Shown in pieces: positions 1 through 9,133 of a stretch of 64,000 nt of DNA (positions within the stretch are counted from its first letter, which is position 1; every line of letters begins with the position of its first letter). The stretch is from Pseudomonadota bacterium. Lineage in GTDB: Bacteria; Desulfobacterota; Binatia; UBA12015. The notes below the pieces were generated by a model. That model saw only the letters and a program-made list of their open reading frames with translations. It ran no database searches and was not told the origin of the DNA. The position numbers and the translations under genes were made by a program. The stretch spans positions 976 through 64,975 of the forward strand of contig SXLG01000013.1 of NCBI GenBank assembly GCA_005777805.1. The letters are read 5' to 3'.

Positions 1-892
1 CGGCGGTGCGCTGACTCTGCGCTGCCTCGAGTCGGTGTACGCAAGCCGTAGCGTCGTGCCAGAGGTCGTGCTGGTCGACAACGCCTCGCGCGCCCCGGTG
101 CTCGACGCTGCCAAGCAACAGTTCCCTGCCCTGACGACGATCCGCAACCCGACCAACCTCGGCTACGCCGGCGGCAACAACATCGGCATCCGCCATCTCC
201 TCGAGCGCGGTGTCGAAGCCGTGCTGGTGCTGAACAACGACGCGCAACTCGCCCCCGAGGCGCTGGCGACGATGCTCGCTGCGGCGCGGGAGGCCGGGGA
301 GATCGCCGCGGTGGGGGGACTGATCCTCGAGCCGCGCATGCCGGGGCAACGCGATCGCATCTGGATGGCGTGGGGGCGTGTCACCTGGCGGCAGAGCCTG
401 GTCGGATTGCCCGGCCGAGGCGAGCCCGATGGGCCCCGCTGGCGCGGCCGGCGCGATGCCGAGTGGGTTTCGGGAGCAGCCCTGCTCTTGACACGGCGCG
501 GGCTCGAGCGGGTCGGTCTCTTCGACGAGGAGTTCTTTGCTTACCTCGAAGAGGTCGATTGGTGCGCCCGGGCCCGCGCCGCCGGTCTGCGCGTGGTCTG
601 GGCCGGCGACGCCGTGGTCGAACACCGCGGCGAAGCGAGCTCGGGCGGAGGGTCCTACATCAGTCGCAAGCAATATCTGGTGGCGCGCAACGCGGTGCTC
701 TTCGCGCGCCGCCATGGGTCGCTGGGCCAGAGACTGCGGTTCTTCACTTTCTTCTTCGGCTCGCTGCCCTTGCAATGGCTTCGGCGCTGGCCGCGAGGTG
801 AGGCCGCCGGCGTGTGGCTCAAGCTGCGTGGGGTGTGCGACGCGCTGCGGGGCCGCTCCTTGCCGCGGGCAGCGCTGGGGATCGACGCGTGA
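1..892 (+). CDS. GT2 family glycosyltransferase (5' end lies outside the window)
   Basis: Frame open from base 2 (..GGALTLRCLESVYASRSVVPEVVLVDNAS..). Has the DxD-containing GT-A motifs VVLVDNAS and LVLNNDA. C-terminal region typical of rhamnosyl/GT2 enzymes. Stop TGA at 890-892. Confidence 0.8.
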   Translation, partial: GGALTLRCLESVYASRSVVPEVVLVDNASRAPVLDAAKQQFPALTTIRNPTNLGYAGGNNIGIRHLLERGVEAVLVLNNDAQLAPEALATMLAAAREAGEIAAVGGLILEPRMPGQRDRIWMAWGRVTWRQSLVGLPGRGEPDGPRWRGRRDAEWVSGAALLLTRRGLERVGLFDEEFFAYLEEVDWCARARAAGLRVVWAGDAVVEHRGEASSGGGSYISRKQYLVARNAVLFARRHGSLGQRLRFFTFFFGSLPLQWLRRWPRGEAAGVWLKLRGVCDALRGRSLPRAALGIDA

Positions 893-2307
893 GTGCGGGG
901 GCGAGCCGGCTGGCCCGCGGTGGTGGCCTTTCGTTCGCCACCGTTCTCGTCGAGAAGGTCGGTTCGCTACTCGTGGTGTTGCTGCTGGCGCGGCTGCTGC
1001 CGGTCGCGGTCTACGGCGAATATGCCTTCGTCATCGCCTATCTCGGGATTTTTCAGATTGTCGCCGATGCGGGCCTCGAGACGGTTCTGGTGCAGCGGCT
1101 TGCCTCGGAGCCGGGCCGGCGCGAATTCTGGTTCCGCGGCGGGCTGGGCCTGCGGTTCGCGACGGCATCGGTGGCGGCACTCCTCGCAGTCGGGTTCGTG
1201 CCGTGGGCGGGTGGCACGGACGGGCTGCGGGCACCGGTCATGGCCGCAGCGGGTTTGCTGCTTGTGGCACAGCCGGTGGCGCGGGCTCTTCTGCGCACCG
1301 TCGGGGCGTTTCGCGGCGTGTTCCTGGCGGCACTCCTTTCTGCGAGCGTCGGCGTGATCGCGCCGGTCGTTGTCGCGCGGCAGGGTGGGTCGCTGGCGGG
1401 CGTGCTCGGCTGGGTCTCGTTCGGCCCGGTCGTGGGTCTGCTCGTGGCCGTCTGGCTGGTGGGCCGCCACCAGCGCGTGAGCCCCGTCTTCGAGTTTGAC
1501 GCTTGGCGGTCGTTGCTGGCCGAGTCTTGGCCGGTCGCGGCGAATCTGCTCGTCGTGGTGGCGGCGTTGCGGGTGGTTCCGCTCCTGCTGATGCGCACGG
1601 CCGGCCCATCCGCGGTTGGGTTCTTCACTTCGGCGGCGCGCATCGTGGAGGCCACCAACCTGGTGGCCGAGGCCGCGCTGCTGGTGCTCTACCCATCGCT
1701 GGTACGGAGGATCGCCGCCGGCCGGGCCGAGGGTGCCGAACTCGCACTGCTCACGGCGCGACTGCTCGCGACGGTTCAGATTGCGGTGGCGCTGGTGCTG
1801 TCGATCTCTGGTCGCGACTTGATGGGTCTTCTCTTCGGCGAGACCTTCGCGGCGTCCGGTCCGGTGCTCTCGATACTAGCTCTGACGATTCCCTTCTCGG
1901 CGCTCGGCACCCTCTACGTGAGCCTGCTCGTGGCGGTCGGCCGCCAGCGGCTGCTCCTCGGGCTGAACGCTCTCGCGGCAGTCGGCCAGATCCTCCTGCA
2001 ACTGGTGCTCGTGCCGCGTTACGGGTCGGTCGGTGCAGCGGCCGGTATCGTCGCTGGCGCGGTGATCAATCACGCCGTCCTGGCCGTGCTGCCGGCGACC
2101 CGGCCATGGATCTTGCCCTGCGTGCGTGCGGCGTTGGGTCCCGTCGCACTGGCGGCGGCGTTGGTGGGTGCGGCAACACTGCTGGGAGCCGGCTCGGGCA
2201 TCGGCACCGCTGCCTTTCTAGTGCTTGCGTTCGTGGTCACGAGCATTTTGACCGGTGCCGTACGCCCCGCGGACTTCCGGCGCCTTGCGGCGCTGCACGG
2301 CGCTTGA
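889..2307 (+). CDS. Polysaccharide/oligosaccharide flippase (Wzx-like, MOP/PST superfamily)
   Basis: GTG start at 889 overlaps the upstream TGA (GTGA). About 12 predicted TM helices. N-terminal signature LVEKVGSLLVVLLLARLLPVAVYGEYAFVIAYLGIFQIVADAGLETVLVQRLA is typical of the polysaccharide biosynthesis protein family. Confidence 0.75.
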   Translation: MSAGASRLARGGGLSFATVLVEKVGSLLVVLLLARLLPVAVYGEYAFVIAYLGIFQIVADAGLETVLVQRLASEPGRREFWFRGGLGLRFATASVAALLAVGFVPWAGGTDGLRAPVMAAAGLLLVAQPVARALLRTVGAFRGVFLAALLSASVGVIAPVVVARQGGSLAGVLGWVSFGPVVGLLVAVWLVGRHQRVSPVFEFDAWRSLLAESWPVAANLLVVVAALRVVPLLLMRTAGPSAVGFFTSAARIVEATNLVAEAALLVLYPSLVRRIAAGRAEGAELALLTARLLATVQIAVALVLSISGRDLMGLLFGETFAASGPVLSILALTIPFSALGTLYVSLLVAVGRQRLLLGLNALAAVGQILLQLVLVPRYGSVGAAAGIVAGAVINHAVLAVLPATRPWILPCVRAALGPVALAAALVGAATLLGAGSGIGTAAFLVLAFVVTSILTGAVRPADFRRLAALHGA

Positions 2308-2644
2308 CGCTCCTGATCGCGTTTTCCGCCGGGTGTGGTCCGCGCCGTCTGCCGCCGTCCACGCGGGCGGCGAAGTGAAGAATCGCTGAGTCTCCGGGAT
2401 GTCCGGTGCGGCGGCCACGAACGATGTCGGCTTGTCGATCTTCAGCCGGCTCTGCGCTCGGGGGTTGTGGTCCGGATGAGGGCGCCCTGGCGAGAGGAGT
2501 GAACCAGGAGTCTCCGAGGCTGTCGCGAAGCCACGATTCCCCTCGGTGTCGGTCCTCTGATAAGGCCCGCAGTCGTGCGCGGGCCGCGGGGGAGGACGTC
2601 CGGAGTGGGGACCGGCGCCGACGCGCGCGACCGGCTGTAGCCGC

Positions 2645-3808
2645 ATGAAGCTTCTGATGCTGAACGAGCGCGACGTCGCGCATCCGCTTGCCGGCGGCGT
2701 CGAAGTCCATCTCGAGGAGGTCGCCAGTCGGCTCGCGTCGCAGCACGCGATCGAGACCACCGTTCTCTGTTGCGGTTTCCCCGGCGCCCCAGCCGAGGAG
2801 GAACGCCGGGGGATCCGCTTCCGGCGGATCGGCAACCGCTACAGCTATTACGGCCTGCTGCCTCTGCACGCCCGTGCTGCGGCGGCGCGGCTTGGGCCCG
2901 ATCTCGTGGTCGAGAACCTCTCGCGGCTGCTCTTCTTCTCGCGTCTCTATCTGCCGCGGGTGCCGCGCCTTGGCCTCGTGCACCAACTCTTCGGCCTTGG
3001 CGCCTTTCGGCAACTCGGGTTTCCGCTCGCACCCTGGGTCGTCGCCAGCGAGGCTCTGCTGCCGCTTGCCTACGCCGATTGCCCCTTCGTCGCGGTGTCC
3101 CCCAGCACGCGCGAGGATCTGGTCCGTCGCGGCATCGCGGCCGAGCGGATCCGCGTCGTCCTGGGCGGCATCGATCACGGCCGCTACCGGCCCGATCCGG
3201 CGGTGGCGATCGATCCGGATCTGGTCGTCTTCCTCGGCCGGCTCGAAGTCCACAAGGGCATTGATCTTTTGCTCGATGCGTGGCACGCGGTGCGCGGCGC
3301 AAGGCCCGGTGCCCGGCTGGTCATCATCGGCACGGGCACGGCGGCGACTCGCATGCGCAGCCGTGCGGCGAGCCGTCACCACGGCGAGACCGTGCGTTTC
3401 CTCGGTTTCGTGCCCGACGACGAGAAAGTTTCCTGGCTCCGGCGGGCCGCCGTCGTCGTGCAGCCGAGTCACAAGGAAGGATTTGGATTGACCGTTCTCG
3501 AGGCCAACGCCTGTGGAACGCCGGTGGTGGCGAGCGACGTGCCGGGTCTGCGCGATTCCGTTCGCCACGACCAGACAGGCTTGCTCGTGCCGGTCGGCGA
3601 CGTGGTCGCTTTCGCGCGGGCGCTGGTGCGGTTGCTCGAGGATCCCGCGCTGCGCACGCAGCTCGGCACGGCGGGTGCGGTCTGGTCGCAGGCTTTCTCC
3701 TGGGATGCCGTGAGTGCCGCCGTGGCCGAGATTTGCCGTGCGGCGGCCGAGCGCCGACCGCTGCCCGAGACGCGCGATTTCCCCCCACAGGCGGAGCCGG
3801 CATCGTGA
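2645..3808 (+). CDS. GT4 family glycosyltransferase
   Basis: N-terminal MKLLMLNE..HPLAGGVEVHLEE and C-terminal EGFGLTVLEANACGTPVVASDVPGLRDSV (E-x7-E/GT1-GT4 motif). Confidence 0.8.
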   Translation: MKLLMLNERDVAHPLAGGVEVHLEEVASRLASQHAIETTVLCCGFPGAPAEEERRGIRFRRIGNRYSYYGLLPLHARAAAARLGPDLVVENLSRLLFFSRLYLPRVPRLGLVHQLFGLGAFRQLGFPLAPWVVASEALLPLAYADCPFVAVSPSTREDLVRRGIAAERIRVVLGGIDHGRYRPDPAVAIDPDLVVFLGRLEVHKGIDLLLDAWHAVRGARPGARLVIIGTGTAATRMRSRAASRHHGETVRFLGFVPDDEKVSWLRRAAVVVQPSHKEGFGLTVLEANACGTPVVASDVPGLRDSVRHDQTGLLVPVGDVVAFARALVRLLEDPALRTQLGTAGAVWSQAFSWDAVSAAVAEICRAAAERRPLPETRDFPPQAEPAS

Positions 3809-6789
3809 TCCGCCGCTCCGGCCCGGTGGCGAGGGGTGCGACCCTGCTGGTCGCTCTCGCCGCCGCCACTCTCTACGTCGGGTTCGCCGACTACGGCTTC
3901 AATCTCGATGACGAGGGCACCGTTCTATACCAGATTCTGCGCACCGCGCGCGGCGAGCGACCCTATCTCGACTTTCACACCGGTTACACGCCGGCGGGCT
4001 TCTACCTCAACGCCGCACTCTTCGATCTCTTCGGCGTGTCCGTGCGGCCGCTCCGACTCCTGCTCGCCGCTGTCAATACCGCTTCGGTGGTGATGATCCT
4101 GCGCCTGGCTCTGCGCCTGGCGCCACCGCTGGAGGCATCGCTCGCCGCCCTGTGCTGGGGACTCTTCCTGCCGTTCTTTGCGGGACAATTCGCGTCGTTC
4201 AATATTCCGTATCCGGCCTGGTACGCGACACTCGGCTGGCTCATGACCGAGTGGGCGTGCGTGCGGGCGGCCGAGGCTGCGCCGCACGTGGCGCGCTCGC
4301 GGGGTTGGATCCTGGTGGCCGGAGTGCTGGCCGGGCTCACCTTCTCGTTCAAGCCGAACACCGGAGTGATGGCGCTCGGCGCCGTGGTGCTGGCACGGCT
4401 GGCTACGGCGCCGCCGCTTCGTGGCCGGCTCGGCTCTCTGCTCGAAGGTCTGGTGCTTGGGATCGCCGTCCTCGGAGTGCCGGCGGTGCTCGCCTTCGAC
4501 CTCGCCACGAAACAATTTGCTTTATTGGGCCTTCCCGCGCTGGTCTTCCTCGTGGGCCTGGCATTGCGGGCGCGGCGGCTGCGGCGGCAGGGGAGCGACC
4601 GTCCGGTGGGGGCGGGCATTCTCGATCTGGTCGTGGTCGTCGTGGGCTTTGGTGCTCCCGTCGCGACCTGGCTCGGTCTCTTCCTGCCCCAGCTCGGATG
4701 GGCCGGGTTCGCGCGCGAGGTGTTGCTGCTCGGGGCGGGTGTCGAGGAGATCTACCTCCTCTACTTCCCGGATCTGAGCGCGTGGAGTGCGGCCGGCTTG
4801 CTCGTGCTCGGCTTTGTGGTCGCGCTGCCGTGGGTGATGGCTCGCGGCTGGCTTGGCGTGCGTGGCGCGATCGGGCTGCTCGGCGTGTCCGCTGCTCTCG
4901 GCATCGGCGCGCTCGCGGTCTTCGGTCTCGCCCCCGAAGGTCTCTTGCTCTCGGTCGGCATGCAGATCGAGAACCTGAGCTATTTTGTGGTGCCGCTGGT
5001 CCTCGTGGTGGCTGTGCTGATCTGGTTCGGACGCGCCGGCCGCCGCGACGAGGAGGCGGGCCGCGTGCTCGGGCTGCTCGGCGTGGCGCTGGCCTTCGGC
5101 GTGCTGCACTTTCTCCAGCTCTTCCCGCGCATAGACTTTATGCATGTCGTGATCAGCATGCCCTCGGCGCTGGTGGTGGCCGCGGGCGTGCTCTGGCAGG
5201 CCGAGCGCTGGGCCGTCGAGACGCTCGGCGCCGCCGGGATCGAGTCGCGGGTCGGCCGGGCGCGCCTGGTGCGGCTGGTCGCGGCGGCACCGATCGTCGT
5301 GGTTCTGCTGGCGCGCCTCGGTCCCTTCGTCGAGGCACGGTTTGACCTCGCCGGGGGCGTGCCCCATTTGCGCGAGCTGACGCCGATGGAGTTCCCGGCG
5401 CTCGCGGTCGGACTCGAGGCCGACCGCGACCACGACCTGCGCGAGCTGCGCGAGGTCGGCCGCTTCGTCGGCTCGCGGACCTCACCGGACGAGCCGATAT
5501 TTGCCTTTCCAGCGCTCGGGATCGTGCCCTTCATGACCGATCGCATAACCCCCGTGCCGCATGATTACTTCTTCGCGGGCCGGCCCTCGCACGCCGACGA
5601 GGCCGTGATGCGCGCGCAGATCGAGGCGGCGCGGCCGGCGTTGATCGTCACGCTCAACGATCGCCTGGGCTACTTCTCGGCGGCGCCGGCGTACTATTTC
5701 ATCCTGCGCGACTACTTCGAGCGCGGCTATCAGTTGGTCCGCCGGATCGGACGCTTCGATGTGCTGGCGCGCCGCGACCTGGTGGCGAACGGGCGCTTCG
5801 TGCCGGAGCCGGCCGGCGCCGCGTGGCGTGCTGCCGGCGAGGGCTCGGCCGGACGACGCCGCGAGGTGGTGCTCGTCACCGATCGGCTGGCGGCTCTCGG
5901 GAGTGCCGCCGAGCTCGCGTCAAGCTCCGAGCTGCTCGGCGATGTCGATCGCGAAAATCGCGGCTCGCTGATCCGGGCGGCCGTTGCGATCGCAGGGCGC
6001 ACGCCGGGGGGGATCGGTGCGGTGGCGGATGTCATGGCGCCGCGCGGGCGCGCCCGACTGCTCTTCGTGCGCACCCTCGGCGAGTACGCCGGCGCCGCAG
6101 CGCTGCCCTGGCTCGAGGGCGTTTTCCTCGAGTCGCCCGACGCGCGCCTGCGCTGGGAGGCCGCCCGCTCCATCAACTATATTCTCGCGCGTGGACTGGC
6201 GAGCCGATTCGATCTGCTCGATGCGCCGGCCCCCGACGCTTCACCCTTCGATTTGCCCGCGGGCCTCCAGCCCGAGCGCACGACGGCCCTGGTCGCGGAT
6301 TTCGAGGAACGCCAGCGAATCGGGCCGCTGGCCGCACTCGCCGCCGCCGATGCCGGGCGGCGCGACCTGGCACCGCGGCTCGACCATTTTGCGAGCGAGC
6401 GCGAGACTACGTGGTGGCGGATGCTTGCCGCCTGGGCGCTGCTGCGACTCGGGCAGGACGAACATGCGCGCACCTTCTACGAGGCGATCGATTCCGGCAC
6501 GCTCGGCGGCCAGTACGTGCCCTCGATCCTGCTCGATCCGGCACTGACCGAGCCCGTTACGGCAAGCCGACTGGTCGCGGCGATGCTTGTCACAGGCAGT
6601 GCCGAGGGCCGTGAGACGGCGGCCTGGATGGCGCCCTATCTGGTTGTGCCGGTGCCGGAGCCAGCCTTGCGTGCCGCGCTTGCCGACCCCGAGCCGGGCG
6701 TGCAGCGGGCCGCCCGCTGGGCGCTCGACGAGATCGCTCGCCGAGAGGGGACGGCGGGCCGCGTGCATGATAGGGGGGCCGGCTCGTGA
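3805..6789 (+). CDS. GT-C fold (PMT/ArnT-like, GT39/GT83-like) membrane glycosyltransferase fused to C-terminal HEAT (PBS-lyase-type) repeats
   Basis: GTG at 3805 overlaps the GT4 stop (GTGA). The 5' part of the track ORF (3280-3804) overlaps GT4 and is non-coding. At least 12 TM helices. DE motif in the first loop (FNLDDEGTVLYQILRTARGERPYLDF), paralogous to the 58162-60336 protein. C-terminal third has HEAT-like repeats (PDARLRWEAARSINYILARG; EPGVQRAARWALDEIARR). Confidence 0.6.
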   Translation: MIRRSGPVARGATLLVALAAATLYVGFADYGFNLDDEGTVLYQILRTARGERPYLDFHTGYTPAGFYLNAALFDLFGVSVRPLRLLLAAVNTASVVMILRLALRLAPPLEASLAALCWGLFLPFFAGQFASFNIPYPAWYATLGWLMTEWACVRAAEAAPHVARSRGWILVAGVLAGLTFSFKPNTGVMALGAVVLARLATAPPLRGRLGSLLEGLVLGIAVLGVPAVLAFDLATKQFALLGLPALVFLVGLALRARRLRRQGSDRPVGAGILDLVVVVVGFGAPVATWLGLFLPQLGWAGFAREVLLLGAGVEEIYLLYFPDLSAWSAAGLLVLGFVVALPWVMARGWLGVRGAIGLLGVSAALGIGALAVFGLAPEGLLLSVGMQIENLSYFVVPLVLVVAVLIWFGRAGRRDEEAGRVLGLLGVALAFGVLHFLQLFPRIDFMHVVISMPSALVVAAGVLWQAERWAVETLGAAGIESRVGRARLVRLVAAAPIVVVLLARLGPFVEARFDLAGGVPHLRELTPMEFPALAVGLEADRDHDLRELREVGRFVGSRTSPDEPIFAFPALGIVPFMTDRITPVPHDYFFAGRPSHADEAVMRAQIEAARPALIVTLNDRLGYFSAAPAYYFILRDYFERGYQLVRRIGRFDVLARRDLVANGRFVPEPAGAAWRAAGEGSAGRRREVVLVTDRLAALGSAAELASSSELLGDVDRENRGSLIRAAVAIAGRTPGGIGAVADVMAPRGRARLLFVRTLGEYAGAAALPWLEGVFLESPDARLRWEAARSINYILARGLASRFDLLDAPAPDASPFDLPAGLQPERTTALVADFEERQRIGPLAALAAADAGRRDLAPRLDHFASERETTWWRMLAAWALLRLGQDEHARTFYEAIDSGTLGGQYVPSILLDPALTEPVTASRLVAAMLVTGSAEGRETAAWMAPYLVVPVPEPALRAALADPEPGVQRAARWALDEIARREGTAGRVHDRGAGS

Positions 6790-7625
6790 CCACCGCGGGC
6801 AATGATCCGGACGTCGTCGGCCGCAACCCCGTCGATGCGCCGGCCGGGTACACCGGCGAACGCCTGGCGGCGGACGACCCGCGCTTCCGGCCGGACCTGG
6901 CGCGCCATCTTGCCGCCTACGACCTGGTTGGTCCTCTGGTCGCCGGCCAGCGCGTACTCGAAGCCGGTTGCGGCGAGGGCTACGGGGCGGCGATCCTCGC
7001 GCGTCACGCCGCGCACGTGGTGGGTGTCGATTACGACGAAACAGCGATCGGCCTGGCGCAGCTCCGGCATTCTGCCGCGCAGGTGGAGTTTCGCGCGATC
7101 GACCTGCGCGAGCTCGCCGCGCACGCGCCGGGCACCTTCGACGCAGTGACGAACTTCCAGGTCCTCGAACATCTCGCCGATCCGACGCCTTTCCTGAGCG
7201 CCGCGGCGGCCTGTTTGCGCCCCGGGGGACGGCTGATTCTGACCACACCGAACCGGCTCGCCAGCGTCTCCGAGAACCCCTTTCACGTCCACGAGTACGT
7301 CGCCGACGAATTGGCTGAGCTGGTCGGGCGCTTCTTTGCGCGGGTCGAACTGCACGGCATCGTCGGCACCGAGCGGGTCTACGCCTTCGAGGCGGCGCGC
7401 GGTGCCCGCGTGCGGCGCATCCTGCGATTCGATCCGCTGGGCCTGCGCCGTCTTCTGCCGCGCGGCGTCGTCGAGTTCGCGTTCTCGCGGCTGGCGTTGA
7501 TGGTGCGCAGCCAGGTGGCCCGCGACAGCGCCGAGGTCGTCGCGCTGGAGCCCGGCGATTTCTCGATCGCCGCTGCCGAGCCGCCGCAGTTCCTGGATCT
7601 TCTGGTCATCGCCCACCGGGACTGA
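6786..7625 (+). CDS. Class I SAM-dependent methyltransferase
   Basis: GTG start overlaps the upstream stop (GTGA). Motif I VLEAGCGEGYGAAIL. Post-I acidic VDYD. Motif II/III VTNFQVLEHLADPTPFLSAAAACLRPGGRLILTTPN. Confidence 0.75.
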   Translation: MTTAGNDPDVVGRNPVDAPAGYTGERLAADDPRFRPDLARHLAAYDLVGPLVAGQRVLEAGCGEGYGAAILARHAAHVVGVDYDETAIGLAQLRHSAAQVEFRAIDLRELAAHAPGTFDAVTNFQVLEHLADPTPFLSAAAACLRPGGRLILTTPNRLASVSENPFHVHEYVADELAELVGRFFARVELHGIVGTERVYAFEAARGARVRRILRFDPLGLRRLLPRGVVEFAFSRLALMVRSQVARDSAEVVALEPGDFSIAAAEPPQFLDLLVIAHRD

Positions 7626-7903
7626 ATGGGGCCGACAGCGCCGAACGGGCGGGGCCGCGCCGCGCCGACGCCAAAAGACTACTCCCCGGTGGCGTTCATC
7701 GCTGGGCCCGCTGCGGCGTGCCGACATGGCCGGCGGTTGCGCGGGCGCACGTTTCTCGGTCGACATCGCCGACGTCCGGACCGGCTCCGGGGTGCGCCGG
7801 GCCGGCCCGCTCGCGCCCCGCCTTGATCCGCGTTCCGAAACCGGTAACACTAATTCCGAATCGCCGTTCGGCTTTTCGAGGCGTGCTTTCGGGAGGGCAG
7901 ACC

Positions 7904-9073
7904 ATGGCAGAAACGACATTGATTTCGGCCGATTCCCACGTCGTGGAGTCGCCCGATTTGTGGACCAAATGGCTCGGTCGCGAGTTTCACGACCGCGCCC
8001 CGAAACTCGTCAAGGATAAGGAGGGCGGCGACGCCTGGCAGTACCGCCCCGGCACCCCGGCCGTACCGCTCGGGCTGGTGACGACCTATCCGGGACGTAC
8101 CTACGAAGCCTTCCGCTGGGAGGGGGCGCGCTACGACAAGGTCAACGCGGGGGCGTGGAACGGCGAGGCGCGGCTCAAGGAACAGGACATTGACGGAGTG
8201 CAGGCCGAGGTGCTCTATCCGTCGCAGCGCACCATGCGTCATTTTATGCTGGACGACGACGACGAGTTCCATCTCGCCGGCATCCAGGCGTACAACAACT
8301 GGATGGCAGGCGAGTTCTCGGCGGCGGATCCCGGGCGCTTGATCGGCTTGGCGCAGCTACCGAACCTCGGCGTCGAGGCGGCCATCGCCGAGATGCGGCG
8401 CTGCAAGGCGCTCGGCCTGCGTGGCGTGATCCTCTCCTCCTGGCCGGCGGGCGGCGAGGCGATCTCGAAGGTCGACGAGGCCTTCTGGAAGGTGGCGTGC
8501 GAGCTCGACATGCCGTGCAGCATCCACCTCGGCACCGTCTCGAAGAAGCAGGCGGGGAAGGCACAGGCCACGGCGACGGGTCAGGTCGCGGGCGAGCCCG
8601 AGGGGCTGCTCACCTCGGGCCAGAAGACGGTCGCGACCTACTCGACTGCCGGCGTGATCGACATGCCGCCGATCATCACACAGACGATCTTCTCCGGACT
8701 CTTCGATCGCTTCCCGACGCTCAAGTTCATCTCGGTCGAGTCGGGCTGCGGCTGGGTGCCCTACCTGCTCGAACAGATGGATGACCGCTGGTGGCGCAAC
8801 CGCCATTGGGCCAAGGTCGAGCTGCAGAAGCTTCCCAGCGAGTACTGGAAGTCAAACTGGTACCTGACGTTCGTGCAGGACTTCTACGGCGTGAAGAACC
8901 GCAACGCCGTCGGCATCGACAACATGATGTGGTCGACCGACTACCCGCATCACATCTGCGACTGGCCCTACTCGCGCAAGATCGCCAACGAGATGTTCCT
9001 CGGCGTGCCCGCCGATGAGCGCCAGCGCATCTGTGCCGGCAACGCGATCCGCCTCTACGGTCTCGACGTCTGA
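7904..9073 (+). CDS. Amidohydrolase-2 family metal-dependent hydrolase (ACMSD/LigY-like)
   Basis: ATG preceded by GGGAGGG. ISADSHVVESPDLW metal-binding start and C-terminal DYPHH..DWP are typical of PF04909. The longer track ORF from 7718 has no RBS and a low-complexity N-terminus. Confidence 0.7.
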   Translation: MAETTLISADSHVVESPDLWTKWLGREFHDRAPKLVKDKEGGDAWQYRPGTPAVPLGLVTTYPGRTYEAFRWEGARYDKVNAGAWNGEARLKEQDIDGVQAEVLYPSQRTMRHFMLDDDDEFHLAGIQAYNNWMAGEFSAADPGRLIGLAQLPNLGVEAAIAEMRRCKALGLRGVILSSWPAGGEAISKVDEAFWKVACELDMPCSIHLGTVSKKQAGKAQATATGQVAGEPEGLLTSGQKTVATYSTAGVIDMPPIITQTIFSGLFDRFPTLKFISVESGCGWVPYLLEQMDDRWWRNRHWAKVELQKLPSEYWKSNWYLTFVQDFYGVKNRNAVGIDNMMWSTDYPHHICDWPYSRKIANEMFLGVPADERQRICAGNAIRLYGLDV

Positions 9074-9082
9074 TCTGAACGG

Positions 9083-9115
9083 GGCGGTGGCGCGGCTTGC
9101 GGTCGCGCCACCGCC
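9083..9115 (+). terminator. Perfect 12 bp inverted repeat hairpin (GGCGGTGGCGCG-N9-CGCGCCACCGCC) 10 nt after the amidohydrolase stop
   Basis: Seen directly in the sequence. GC-rich stem. The 3' tail is C/T-rich rather than a U-tract, so it may be an attenuator or processing site rather than a classical intrinsic terminator. Confidence 0.45.
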
Positions 9116-9133
9116 GTCCTATCTCCCCCCGGG

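Noticed and set aside
2308-2644. 80 aa ORF (2406-2648) and a 7 bp stem hairpin (GGCCCGC-N8-GCGGGCC, about 2561-2590) in the 337 bp spacer between the flippase and GT4 genes.
   Set aside because: The ORF is Arg/Ser-rich with no motif and runs into the GT4 start, so it is probably spurious. The hairpin is real in the sequence but its function (attenuator or terminator) cannot be judged, so it is not listed as a feature.
3280-3804. 5' extension of the 1169 aa track ORF; likewise the 5' extensions of the ORFs at 7718, 10947, 13281-15671, 21758, 32155, 37182, 38801-40930, 51820, 54136 and 60333-63224.
   Set aside because: The extensions overlap well-supported upstream genes or are Arg-rich low complexity. 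Downstream in-frame starts with an RBS or a start/stop overlap give proteins that begin at expected domain boundaries or signal peptides.
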